From Octopus sinensis (taxonomy: Eukaryota): a stretch of 64,000 bases of DNA. Below the pieces are notes generated by a model. That model made no database searches. It had not been told where the DNA came from and saw only the letters and a list, made by a program, of their open reading frames with translations. Location of the stretch: positions 8,866,001 through 8,930,000 of the forward strand of contig NC_043022.1 of NCBI RefSeq assembly GCF_006345805.1, written 5' to 3'. This document shows, one piece after another, positions 50,440-63,756 of this stretch (positions are counted from its first letter, which is position 1; each line of letters starts with the position of its first letter). Both the position numbers and the translations under genes were made by a program.

Positions 50440-50952
50440 CCTGAAAACATGTGGTTGCCAAGCGAGCTTCACTCAGAAGCTCACTTTAAACCACATGGTT
50501 TCAAGTTCAGTCTCACTGCATGACACTTTGGGCAAGTGTCTTCTACTAAAACTCTGGGTGGACCAATGCCTTGTGAGTGAGTTTGGTAGATGCAAACTGT
50601 GTGGAAGCTTGTCATGTATGCATGTGCATCTGTATATGTGTGTGTTTGTGTATGTGTTTATGTATGCACATATATACATGCATACATACATATATGCACA
50701 CATGTACACACACACACATATATATATATATATACATACATGCGTGTGTCTTTCTGTTTGTGTTTGCCTCACACCACACCACTTGACAGTGCTGGTTTGT
50801 TTACATCCCTGTAGCTTAGTGGTTTGTCAAAGAGATTGACAGAATAAGTACCAGAATAAAAAGGAAAACGTATAAGCTCTGGTGGTGATTTGTTTGGCTG
50901 AAACCTTTCAAAGCAGTGCTCCAGCATGGCCAGAGTCCTCTGACTGAAACAA
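50440..50952 (+). mobile_element. SINE family B
   Basis: Head, (TG/TA)n middle and ccagcatggcc...tgactgaaacaa tail. Confidence 0.75.
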
Positions 50953-53267
50953 AAGGTTAATGATATGAATGAAAATTTGTGTATTGAAAGATTAGGGTAC
51001 TTATTTGCTTTTCAAGATGTCCCCAGATTGAACAAAATATCTTGCTTTGCACAAGTATATAAGTAACTGAATGTCAAGAATTTGTGAGGATTTTTTTATG
51101 AAGTACCAAACTTTCCATTTATTATAAAAAATGATAATTCCACAGGAGTTTTTGATAAAGTGGTGTTTATACACCTCAACAGATTTCAGAAGCTCTGTAT
51201 GTGTTAATCATATAAAAGCTTAAATGGGTTAGCTGTTAAACCAATATAATGTTCGTTGGTTCATTCACTGGTTACATATCAGAAAGATAAACAATGGAAC
51301 GTGTTAGACATCTACCATTTGAGGGACCTCACATTAGAGTTATAGTTACGCAATTGCTTAGTGGAATGGTCTGTGAGATAACAGGGTATATACAATATTG
51401 GTGCATCAATATTGGCACATCAGATAAAAATATTTTGTGTTATTCCAATCCATTTGGATTACATCTTTTACATGGCTTGTTGAGATTGCCATTTGTTTAT
51501 CACTGAGATCAATAAAATAAAAAACCAAGGCAAATGAACTTTCAAAGTCAATGCTCCAGTATGGCTGAAGTCCAAAGAGTAAAACCAGTAAAAGTTGAAA
51601 AGAATAAACCAGAATCTTCATAGGTTAGAAATATATATTTTAGCTATTCATGTACGTCATTAGGCAAGACAAGTGTCCACTCCTACTTTGCAGTTGAGTG
51701 GTTCAAGTTATCCAATAGTAAAATACAAAAAAGAAAAAGCAAAGCGTCTCGCCCATAAACCATCCTACATTTCTAGAGCGGACAAAATCGATGATAAATA
51801 GCAAAAAGTAAAAGCAGAATAAAGATTCTAGCTTCACTAATTTTTAATCTGCTGTGTATACATGTATGTTTGTGAGTGTGTGTTTGTATATGTGTTTGTG
51901 TATGCATATGTGTGTGTGTGTGTATATATCTATACACACATACATATACATATATATATGCGTAAGTGTATATATATATATATATATATACATACACACA
52001 CACACATATATACACATACACACCCACACATGTACATATATAATGTATAAATAAATGTGTGTGTGTGTATAATATACATATACTGTTAGAAGAAAAGATG
52101 CATTTATAACATGTGTGTGCATATATCTATCTATTTATCTATCTATATATATATATAAGAGAGAGAGAGAGAGAGAGAAAGATTTGAGGCAAGGATACTC
52201 AGTATAAAATAAAGATTTAGTGATAGCAATGTGTAAAAATTGAGTAACAGCAAAGAGCAGTAACATGAAACAACAATGAAAAATCTTTGTTTATGTGTGT
52301 GTGTTTATGTGTATGTGTATTGATAAGGATTTGAACTGTAGAATTTGAAAGAATACAACTAAATACTACAAGGTGTTTTATCTAATGTCCTACTGTTTAA
52401 TCTGACTTCTGGAATAAAGGAAAGAAAGGAGGAAAAGAAGAAAGATCAAAAAAAGAAATAAAATAAAGAAACAGAAAGGAAAGAAATATAGAAAATAGAA
52501 AGAAAGAATTAGAGAAAGAATGAAAGAAAAAGGAAGATAGGATAAAAATGTGAGAAAACAGAAAAAAGAATGAATGAATAAAAAAGAGAAAGAGCAAAAG
52601 AAAGAGTGGGAAAGAAACAAAGAAATAAGAAGAAAGTGAAAGAAAGAAAAAGAGAGTGAAAAGAAAGAAAGAAAGAAGTAAGAGTAGTGTTACAATTTGT
52701 GTTCCTACTTCATCAAAAGTTTTAATAGTCACTCATTAAAGTATTTCTGATTTAATGAAAAAAAATGTAGAAATAAAACAAATAAAAACCAAAGATAATT
52801 CTGTAAATTTTTCACGATATATACAGTTAAAAATTACTGTTGAAATTGGGATTTCATTTAATCTTCTACTTCTGCTGCTGCTCTAAGACATTTCTTGGAA
52901 GATAGGAGAAGAAGAAAAAGAGGAAGAAAAAACAGCAGACAATCAATTAGCTTCATTCAATTAGAAATTCTTACTAAAGACATGTTAAGTTTAGTTATCT
53001 ATAAATGATGTGTGTGTGTGTGTGTGTGTGTCCTTGTTCATATGTATATATGTGTCTGTGATGAATTTATCTATTTGCCACGTTCATATTGCAACATATG
53101 TTGTTTTATGTGTATGAAACTTTGAGTACAGACTGTACACGATATTAGACATAGAGATTTTCTGAGAGGAAAAATGTTTGAGCGTTTGAATTAAATTTTT
53201 TTCCCTCATTTTCTTCTGGGAACATCTAATAGCCTCTTTTATAATTCTTATGTATATAAACTCTCAC

Positions 53268-53338
53268 TCTGCTCCTGGCATCTGATGAGTCAAACATGTC
53301 CTACATGCGCACTTTAATTCATGATGAGCCGAATCAAC
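53268..53338 (-). CDS. Candidate 71-nt exon of an unidentified minus-strand gene
   Basis: Acceptor tttaataacAG and donor AGA|GTGAGA; one open frame [23 protein letters not shown] (phase 0 to 2). Non-repetitive island among microsatellites. Not identified. Confidence 0.3.
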
Positions 53339-53429
53339 CTGTTATTAAAATATATATGCAACTGCTACCAAATGTGTCAAGTGCTGCTTTCTTTTGTTTG
53401 TTCACTTGCTCACTTATATGTATGTGTGT

Positions 53430-53444
53430 ATATATATACACACC

Positions 53445-53484
<40 letters not shown>

Positions 53485-53518
53485 GTATATATATATATAT
53501 ACACACATATGTAGAGAG

Positions 53519-53550
<32 letters not shown>

Positions 53551-53644
53551 CACACATATGTATATATACATATATATACATATATATATATATATCATAA
53601 CTATAATATATACATATATAATATATATATACAATATATTATTT

Positions 53645-53678
<34 letters not shown>

Positions 53679-53759
53679 ATATACAACTATATATTATATA
53701 TAATATATATATACACACACATATATATATATATATTATATATATATATACACACAATG

Positions 53760-53790
<31 letters not shown>

Positions 53791-53859
53791 CACACATGTA
53801 TATATACAGTATATACATATATATTATATATACCATATATATATATATATACATATATA

Positions 53860-53921
<62 letters not shown>

Positions 53922-53968
53922 TATATATATATAATATATATATATACACATATATATATATATAATAT

Positions 53969-54014
<46 letters not shown>

Positions 54015-54067
54015 TATATATATATATATATATACACATATTATATATATATATATATATATACACA

Positions 54068-54102
<35 letters not shown>

Positions 54103-54320
54103 ATATATATATATATATTATAGATATATATATATATATATATGCACATATATATTATATATATATATATGCATATATATATATTATATGTGATATATAT
54201 ATATATATATACACATATATATATATATAATATATATATATATCACATATATATATATATGTGTATATATATAATATATATATATTATATATATATATAT
54301 ATGCCATATATATATATATA

Positions 54321-54397
<77 letters not shown>

Positions 54398-54709
54398 ATA
54401 TATATACACATATATATATATATATATATAATACACATATATATATATATCATATTATATATATACACATATATATATATATACACATATATATATATAT
54501 ATACACATATATATATATATACCTAATATATAGATATATAATATAATTTATATACATATATATATACACATATGTAATATATATCCGTATATATATTATA
54601 TATACACATTGTATATATATATATCCGTATATATATATATATCCACACATATGTATATATAATCCATATATATATTATAACACATATGTATTATATATAT
54701 CCATATATA
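53430..54709. repeat. ~1.3-kb (TA)n/(TACACA) compound microsatellite
   Basis: Visible. Confidence 0.95.
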
Positions 54710-55990
54710 TCTCTTATTATAAAGGCAGATTTATCTGCCTCCCTTTGGAGTTATACAATCTACAATATAGGATTTCTTCAATACAATTTACCTGGCATTT
54801 TTGAGAGTACAATGCATCGCGTCATGCCAGGTCCAGTTTTTAAAGTTTAAACTCCAATTAAGCAAAATTTACAGAAAATTCACATTCTGGTGTGTGTGTC
54901 AAATGCTTTTCTTAGTCTGGTTTACACCACACGCAAACGCACACACACAGTGTGCAATGAATAAACTGAAACTAATTCACTGTGTGTTGACAGGTAGAAA
55001 ATAGAATGCGATGGCGATGGGTATGGCGATGGCGATGGCGATGGCTATGGCTATGGCGATGGCGATGGCTATGGCTATGGCGATGGCTATGGCGATGGCG
55101 ATGTAATATTTGTTTCTCTCTATGACGCTCATAAAAGCATTGATGTACATGTGTGCGTGCGTGAGTGTGTGTGTGTCATTCCTCACACACACGCATACAC
55201 ATACATATAGAGAGTGGCAAACACAAACGTTTCAAACAACTACATACAAACACGTGTGTGTTTGTTATAGTAAAAAAAGGCGCCAAATCACAACTCACTT
55301 ATCATTCCAACACATTTGCAAAGACACACGGACGGTCGAATAACAATACAGAAAAGGTAAATTGGTTTATTTACTCTGTAATATTTTATTATATAATATT
55401 ATATATAGATATATGTATATATAATTGCACCAAACCCCCGAAAAAAATTGGTTAATGTGACCAAGCCGCCCGAATTTACCTATTCATATTTAATGAGAAT
55501 ATCAGAGTAAATCTCTTTAGAACATTCGTGAAAACACGTATTATACTTCGTAAACAGTTCAACTACAGTTTTGTACAAAAATCGAAGTGTAATTTTAATT
55601 CCGTGAATTATGGGAGATTTTTTTCCGAAATTTGTTCCTATTGTGTTTTCAAAATTTGTAATTCTGACAAAAATGGATACGAATTCATTATATCAAGCAG
55701 CGAGTCAGAATTCGAAGGATTTTCTACTGAAGACCTTCATAAATCTAACTCTATGACTGAAAAAAAAAAGCATGTGGTATTTGATCTCAACCTAAACAAA
55801 GCGAAAGAAACGATAGTTTGTTATTTCCACAACCTTAAATGAAATTAAGGCCTATTTTGCCATAAATATTATTATGGGTATTAGAAAGTTACCCAGAATA
55901 ACAAATTCTATCGTAAAATTTTGTTGTATACCAATTGAATATTAGCTAATAACCCATTTTCTATAGCGATGTTTGAACAAAATTTTAATA
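54710..55990 (+). mobile_element. Long Helitron-like non-autonomous element, 3' end not found
   Basis: A|TC start (tctcttattataaaggcag) adjoining (TA)n; body recalled as a dispersed repeat. Right boundary approximate; no CTAG/hairpin end seen. Confidence 0.4.
55008..55103. repeat. GC-rich hexamer repeat (GCGATG/GCTATG)16
   Basis: Visible 6-bp period with two variants. Confidence 0.95.
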
Positions 55991-55999
55991 ATTTTTATA

Positions 56000-56232
56000 T
56001 TGTTGAATTTACCTGTATCTACCTGCAATTAGAGTCACTTTGTGACAAAAATTATAGTATAGAATTGGTTGAGAACATTTCACTAAATTATCTTCCAAAA
56101 ATCAGATTAATGTATTCATAAATAAAAAAGTTATAGTTGTTTAATGAAATCAGACTAAATTTATGATTACGTTAGAAATTAATTGAAACACATAAGGGGT
56201 GTATTTTGGTCAGAAATATAGTAACGAAAGGG
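56000..56232. mobile_element. Partial TTAA-type MITE (right end only)
   Basis: gtaacgaaaggg|TTAA is the same TIR as 48400; left end not identified. Confidence 0.5.
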
Positions 56233-56344
56233 TTAAGAAAAACCAAAAAATATTTTATTCTTTGTAAATGTTGTGTTCAAAATAACATTGTCTTTTAAGA
56301 ATGTGTATATAACAAAGTATGTGTATATAACTACGTGGCTTATA

Positions 56345-56737
56345 TCTTTATATATAAGAGTGAAGTTGTGTGTCTGTCTCCTACGATTTAGATTCGTAAC
56401 TACTCCCACATTTTGCGGTGTAGTTTAACCAAAAGCGGGTATCTTATAGTCGTGATTCATATCGAGCCTTCTGGGTATTAGCGCGCGTCTACGATGAGTC
56501 TACGATTTTAAAAATTTACCATATATTTTCCATTTTAATGCATATTTTTCGTTATTATATAAGGGAAGTAACTCTCTAAAAATATCTACGATGTGTCAAC
56601 GATTTAAAAAAAAAATTACCTTAATTTTTTTTCAATTTTTAATGCATTTTTTTGCTATTTTTTGGCTATAACTCTCTAAAAATGCTTATATAGTTATTTC
56701 CCTTACAAACCCGAGCAACGCCGGGCGATACTGCTAG
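56345..56737 (+). mobile_element. Non-autonomous Helitron
   Basis: A|TC start, cccgagcaacgccggg hairpin and CTAG|T end. Confidence 0.9.
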
Positions 56738-56758
56738 TATATATATATACACATATTA

Positions 56759-56792
<34 letters not shown>

Positions 56793-57174
56793 CATATGTG
56801 TATATATATATATGATATATATATATACATATGTGTATATATCTATATACATAATAAATATATATACACATATGTATATATATATATCCTTATATATACA
56901 ATATGATAATATATATCCAAATATATATATTACACAATGTATATATATATATATCATATATATATATATATATACACATATGTATATATATATATCCATA
57001 TATATATATATATACACATATGTATATATATATATCCATATATATATATATATATCCATATATATATATAACAAATATTATATATATATATCCATATATA
57101 TATATATATATACACATATGTATATATAATATCCATATATTATATATATATACACATATGTATATATATTATAT

Positions 57175-57213
<39 letters not shown>
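56738..57213. repeat. Compound (TA)n microsatellite with a recurring tacacatatgtatatatatatatcca motif
   Basis: Visible. Confidence 0.95.
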
Positions 57214-57219
<6 letters not shown>

Positions 57220-57799
57220 GGTTTGGAGATGATGTACAGGTATTTTATATTAGAAGAAATGAGTTACTCAGAAATTCGGATGGTTTTATATTTACAGATA
57301 TTTATTTGTATATTACGTGTTTTTATACATCATATAACTTATATCATATATCATATATATTAGCACTTTCTCCCATTCTAGTGGGGTTTTCAAATCGAAC
57401 TAAGTTCCTGTGAAAAAGTTTTGACCATTTTGACCATTTTATAGACCACTACTTAGCATTTTGCCTAGCATGCTAACAATTCTACCAGCTAATGAGTAAA
57501 AATGGGGGTGGGATGGAAGTAGAAAGAATTTTAGTAGACATCTTTGAAAGTGGGGAATTATGGTGGCATGTAGAAACTAGGTTGGTGGGAAAGAGAAGAG
57601 GGTAATTGGCAAAATGAGAAGAAAACTGGGGAAGGTGAGTGGGAGGATGGGGAAGAAGTAAATCCAGTGACAAGGTGTTGTTTGAAAGAAATCCAGAGTC
57701 AATAGGGGCTCCAAAACAGGAAATTCCATCAATTTCAATATGATTAAATAAAGATAGAAAATGTCTGGCAAGACATTGATTCACAAAGGAATTAGGATA

Positions 57800-58120
57800 T
57801 ATATTCTTTTACTTGTTTGAGTCATTTGACTGCAGCCATGCTGGAGCACTGCCTTTAGTTGAACAAATCAACTCCGGGACATATTCTTTGTAAGCCTAGT
57901 ACTTATTCTATCTGTCTCTTTTGCTGACCTACTAAGTTACGGGGACGTAAACACACCAACACTGATTGTCAAGTGATGGTGGGGGAACAAACACAGACAC
58001 ACACACACATGCACACACATATATACAATGAGCTTTTTTGGTTTCTGTCTACCAAATCCACTCACAAGGCTATAGTAGAAGACACACGGCCAAGTTGTCA
58101 CGCAGTGAGACTGAACCATG
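57800..58120 (-). mobile_element. SINE family B, internally deleted
   Basis: Reverse complement of 41648-41950-type body and tail. Confidence 0.8.
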
Positions 58121-58619
58121 TATCTCAATAAATAAATATCTCACAATTGTATGATTGTTCTGTGTTTTTGAAAGCTACTGTGTGTATGTGTATATTTGTA
58201 TATTCATTTAATTTCATCTAGTTTCAGCTCACCAACTGTGGCCATGCTGGGGCACCGCCACTCAAATTTTAATGGGGACACCCTTTATATGTATATAAAT
58301 GTATATAAATATATATTATATGTATATAAATATGTATATATACTAGCATCCTTTAAAATAAGGAAGCTTTGCGCTCATCAGGGTTTTACAAAAAACCTTT
58401 TTTACCATTGGCCTTGAACATCCTTTCTCATGTTTTTTCAAAGACCAGCACCCTTTCTTGTTTTCTGTTTTTTCAAAAGTGGTCAACCATGTGATATATT
58501 TGAGTTTGAAAGATTACATGGAAACCTAAAGTATGCTATACAAGCTTTTCAGTTTATTGTGTTTTCATAGCATGTAACTAATAGTAGTTCAGATTTAAAT
58601 CCTATGTATACTCTTTACT

Positions 58620-59089
58620 CACTTTTACTTGTTTCAGTCATTTGACTGTGGCCATGCTGGAGCACCGCCTTTAGTCGAGCAAATCGACCCCAGGTCTTAT
58701 TCTTTGTAAGCCTTGTACTTATTCCATCGGTCTCTTTTGCCGAGCTGCTAAGTTACGGGGACGTAAACACACCACCATCTGTTGTCAAGCGATGTTGGCG
58801 GGACAAACACAGATACACAAATATATGCACACACACATACATAAATATATATATACATGCATACACACACTCATACATACATACATACATACATATATTT
58901 ATATATACATATATATGCATATACACGACAGGTTTCTTTCAGTTTCTGTCTACCAAATCTACTCAGAAGGCTTTGGTTGACCCGAGGCTATAGTAGAAGA
59001 CACTTGCCCAAGGTGTCATGCAGTGGGAATGAACCCAGAACCATGTGGTTGGTAAACAAGCTACTTACCACACAGCCACACCTGCGCCT
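58620..59089 (-). mobile_element. SINE family B, full length (reference copy for the U6 chimera)
   Basis: Head aggcgcaggtgtggctgtgtggtaagtagc... through tail gactgaaacaagtaaaagtgagtaaag. Confidence 0.9.
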
Positions 59090-59371
59090 ATACACTTTTT
59101 TTTATCCCATCCATAACAGAAGAGTAAATTATGCTTATAAATATGTGTGCATTTTTGTGTATTTACATATGTATGTGTGTGGTATCATGATAAAAAGCAT
59201 CATGTAAAATGCATCCAGTACACTCCATAAAGTGGTTGGTGTCAGGAAGGGCATCCAGCTGTACATATCATGCCAAAACAGATAACTGGAGCTTGGTGTG
59301 GCCCACTGGGTTGCCAGCTACTGTCAAACCATTCAGCCCAATTCCAGCATGGAAAATGGATAATGATGACT

Positions 59372-59402
<31 letters not shown>

Positions 59403-60300
59403 TTTTTAATTGCCTTTTTTTAAGGCTAGCATAGATCAAACATAATTTTTTGAGGTACCTTCAACAGAATTTACTCTGTTACAAATATTTGAGCACAGTC
59501 TCCTGTCGCAGGATCTTGTCCTGTTCTGCCACCAGTTTCAGACACCCTGTGATATGGGTTAAGCGTCGCACCCATCTACTCATGACGATTTCATTTAGAA
59601 TACTGACACTCTCATCTCAACACATTGTCTTCTCATAAAATTACAACTAAGTTCTGCTTCTCATTGGCTGCTTCATTATGAAAAGAATTATTATTATTAT
59701 TATTATTATTTATAGAAAAATGTAAAGAAAGATATTTTTGAATTTATCTTAACTAAATGTTTAAATAGGGCAGATAAGAGCTGCATTTAAATCGTTCAGA
59801 ATATGATATCCCAGGAGAGACACACGGACAGCTTTCCCTGTATTATAGAAATATGTGGGGTTTTTTTTTTTGCAGTCTGTTTTAATTTGAAAATTTAGTC
59901 AAAAGTAAGAAATATTTAAAAATGTGTGTGTATGTGTGCGCATGTGTGTATATACACTCATATATACACAAACATGTAAGTATGTATGTATTTCCATATT
60001 TATCTGTCTATATATCATATTATACAGAAGAATAGCAAAACAAACAAAATTGATGATGATGATATACATATATGTGTGTGTGCACATTTGTTTGTTAATA
60101 CATACTCACACACACATACACACATACATATGTATATATTTCTGTCTCGCCTTCATTCTGTATATATCACTTAGCTGTCAGCATTGACATTGCAAAGGAG
60201 TTATGATAAATGAAAATACCTTTGGGGACACAGTCTGTTGTTTGAGTAATGGGCTTCAAAATGAAATGAATTGAGATATTCATTAAACACACACGCACGT

Positions 60301-60351
<51 letters not shown>

Positions 60352-60552
60352 TGCATGCAAACATATTGAAAGAAAGTGGGAGAGAATATTTCCGACCAAC
60401 ACATGTCTGATGAAAGGAAAATTTTCAATAAATAACTCGAGAGTGTTATGACAAACAACTTAGATAACAATGAGCTAATAAATGAGCACAAATGCAGTCA
60501 TTTGATCTTCGAGAAATAGCAGTCAAATTTCCCTCAAATCACAACTTGTCTG

Positions 60553-60829
60553 TGGAGGCACATGGCCTAGTGGTTAGATCAGTGGACTCACGGTTGAGGG
60601 ATCACAGGTTCGAATCTCAGACCGGGCGATGTGTGTGTGTTTATGAGCGAAACACCTAAGCTCCACGCAGCTCCAGCAGAAGGTAATGGTGAAACTTCTG
60701 CTGATTCTTTCGCCACAACGTTCTCTCACTCTTTCCTCCTGCATCTTGCAGTTCACCTGTGACGGACCGGCATCCCATCCAGGTGGGTAACCTATGCGCC
60801 AAGAAACCGGGAAACCGGCCCTTATGAGC
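60553..60829 (+). mobile_element. tRNA-derived SINE (family D)
   Basis: ggaggcacatggcctagtggttag...ggttcgaatctc (A/B boxes), 3' ggcatcccatccagg...gaaaccgggaaaccgg. Confidence 0.8.
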
Positions 60830-61146
60830 TCGAGAAGGAACAAACAAGAAGTACAAGAACAACTTGTCTCTTTACACAACAAAATGAACTTTTTTTTTTC
60901 ATTTTAAACTCATAAGATGTAGTAATGAGATATTTTACACTATGTGCAGGAGTTTGTATGTGTTCAGAAGAGATGTGTGTGTTAACAATGATAGTGGACT
61001 GCATTTTGTTGTTGAAGTTGAGCAGTATAAGTTCCTGCCACTAGTTGTCTTAAACTGTGTCATGACCACTGGTCAGTTAACCAGCCCACTCTTTCTCAAG
61101 CCTTGCACCTATAACAGAAACGGTTATTATTATTATTTTTATTTTT

Positions 61147-61217
<71 letters not shown>

Positions 61218-61238
61218 CATTATTATTATTATTATTAG

Positions 61239-61269
<31 letters not shown>

Positions 61270-61764
61270 AGGGTGGTGAGTTAGCAGAAGCATCAGCATG
61301 CCAGGCAAAATTCTTTCGTCCATCTTTATGTTTTGAGTTCAAATTCCGTTGGGGGTCAACCTTACCTGTCATTCTTTCAGAGTTGATGAAATAAGTACCA
61401 GTTGATGTAAATTACTAGTCCTGTTCCCCCAAATTTCAGGCCTTGTTCCCATAGTAAGAAAAATTATTATTATTGATGTCTCATCAGTGAGTGTACCATT
61501 GGCTGCAGTTGTGTGACTCAGGACTGGCACAATCATTAGCATGTGTGGACTAAATGCTCAGTGACATTTTGTCTGTTTTTATGTTCTGAGTTCAAATTCC
61601 ACCGGCAGCATTTCTCAACCGAAATTACCTGGAACCCTAGGGTTCTGTAAAGGTTCCTAGGAGGTTCCATGAGAAAGAGAGAGATAAACTAACACTAATT
61701 TCATGATTGTAATATTACTATACATGCACATTATGTGTGCATGTACATAAATCATATATAATTA

Positions 61765-62400
61765 TCATCATCATCATTGTTTAACATCCGTTTTCCATGC
61801 TAGCATGGGTTGGACGGTTCGACCGGGTTCTGGGAAGCTAGGAGGCTGCACCAGGCTCCAGTCTGATCTGGCAGTGTTTCTACAGCTGGATGCCCTTCCT
61901 AACGCCAACCACTCCATGAGTGTAGTGGGTGCTTTTTACGTGCCACCGGAAGCTGGCAATGGTCACAATCAGTTGGTGGTTTTTACGTGCCACCGACACA
62001 GAAGCCAGTCAAGGCAGCACTAGCCCATTTAAAAGTACCCTTGAATCATCGGACGATACGCTGCACTTGAGAAAACATATTGAGTCAAGTAAAATCAAAA
62101 TCAAAAGCAAATCAAAATCGAAATCAAAATGGAAATTGTAGTTGTGGCCGATGTCAGTGCCGTCTGACTGGCACCCAAGCTGGTAACACATAATAAGCAC
62201 CATTCAGGTGTGGGTCGATGCCAGTGCCACCTGACTGGCTCCTGTGCTGGTGGCACTTAAAAAGCACTATCCGAACATAATTGATGCCAATGCCGCCTGA
62301 ATGGCTCGTATTCTGGTGGCACATAAAAGGCACCCACTACACTCTCAGTGGTTGGCGTTAGGAAGGGCTTCTAGTTGTAGAAACCTTGGTGATGATGATG
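61765..62400. mobile_element. Two RTE-type 3' ends in divergent orientation
   Basis: Minus-strand copy with (CAT)n at 61765 and plus-strand copy with (GAT)n at about 62390; shared core inverted (61877-61946 versus 62315-62384). Confidence 0.8.
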
Positions 62401-62402
62401 AA

Positions 62403-62435
<33 letters not shown>

Positions 62436-62449
62436 TATACATATATATA

Positions 62450-62495
<46 letters not shown>

Positions 62496-62529
62496 TACAT
62501 ATACATATATATACATATATATATCTATA

Positions 62530-63042
62530 TCTATATATATATAAAACTGTAGTTGTGTGAGTGTCTGTCCCCTTCGATTTAGACTCCTAACTACTCCCAC
62601 ATTTTGCGGTGCAGTTTAACCAAATTCGGGTATCTTATATTCGTGATTCATATCAAGCCCGTCTGGGTATTAGTGCGCGTCTACGATGAGTCTACGATTT
62701 TAAAAATAATTTAACATCATTTTTTATTCCATTTTAATGCATATTTTTTCGTGTGTCGATGGCGGCGGAGTTGGCGTCCACGCTCAAACACCTGCACCTG
62801 TGTTGCTTCTCCCCCTTCTTCCCTCCCTCGTGAAGCTGTGGGGAAGGGAGTGTAAGGAAATCAACATCGTAATGCGTTGTCAAGGAGACCAGCGTTCTTT
62901 TAGAACAACGACTTCATGGCTTGAAGTCGCCAAAACAGAAATCGCTAAAAAAGCTGAAACAGATCCACAAAATTACCGCCACACAGGGCAGGTTTCCTGT
63001 GCAAACAATTTGCACAACCGAATGTTTTAGTTGTTGCACAAA
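62530..63042 (+). mobile_element. Helitron 5' module plus ~290-bp GC-richer segment, lacking its own 3' end
   Basis: 62580-62745 matches 56390-56550 and 63085-63245; then unrelated sequence to 63042. Confidence 0.75.
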
Positions 63043-63335
63043 TCTTTATATATAAAAGTAAGGTTGTGTGTCTGTCTCCTACAATTTAGATTCCTAACTA
63101 CTCCCACATTTTGCGGTGCAGTTTAACCAAAACCGGGTATCTTATAGTCGTGATTCATATCGAGCCCTTCTGGGTATTAGCGCGCGTCTACGATGAGTCA
63201 ACGATTTAAAAAAAAATTACCATTTTTTATTCCATTTTTAATGCATTTTTTGCTATTTTTTTGCTATAACTCACTAAAAATGCTTATATAGTTATTTCCC
63301 TTACAAACCCGAGCAACGCCGGGCGATACTGGTAG
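63043..63335 (+). mobile_element. Non-autonomous Helitron (56345 family)
   Basis: A|TC start, cccgagcaacgccggg hairpin, end GTAG|T (C>G variant of CTAG). Confidence 0.9.
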
Positions 63336-63435
63336 TATATATATATATATATATACATGATACATACATATATATATATATGCATACATATATATATACA
63401 TGCATACATATATATATATACATACATATATATAT

Positions 63436-63494
<59 letters not shown>

Positions 63495-63756
63495 ATTTAC
63501 CACATGAACTACAATGAAAAAAATATGAGAAAGATATGGTATATAACTTTTCTTCTGCAGGGTTTTATTGAGACATAATTCATTTTTAAGAGTTATGCAA
63601 AAGTAAAAAGGTTGAGAAATACTAGCCACCAGATTTATCTTTGCCTTTCATCCATTTGGGGGCCAATAAAGTAAGTGCCAGTCAAGCATTGGGATTGATC
63701 TAATCAACTAATGCCCTCCCACAAAATTGCTGGACTTGTGCCAAAATTTGAAACCA

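Noticed and set aside
53281-53335. CTGATGAG and ATGATGA as hammerhead core or snoRNA C box (also CTGATGAG at 2713)
   Set aside because: No stem II/GAAA for a hammerhead and no suitably placed D box or terminal stem.
55528-55842. 104-aa ORF containing SSSESEFEGFS
   Set aside because: Lies inside a repeat element, starts at a non-ATG codon and has no splice context; the acidic motif alone does not support a gene.
59450-59640. GC-richer non-repetitive patch with several 35-60-codon open frames
   Set aside because: No frame combines a good acceptor, a good donor and a recognisable peptide; left unassigned.
60553-60625. tRNA gene-like segments (also 22940-23015 and 23068-23140)
   Set aside because: A/B boxes are present but no complete cloverleaf; they continue into SINE bodies.
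795-63629. Dozens of ORFs rich in YI/IY, TH, CV, poly-I, poly-L, poly-N or poly-Y
   Set aside because: They are translations of (TA)n, (CA)n, (TG)n and (AAT)n microsatellites; no domain content or splice context.
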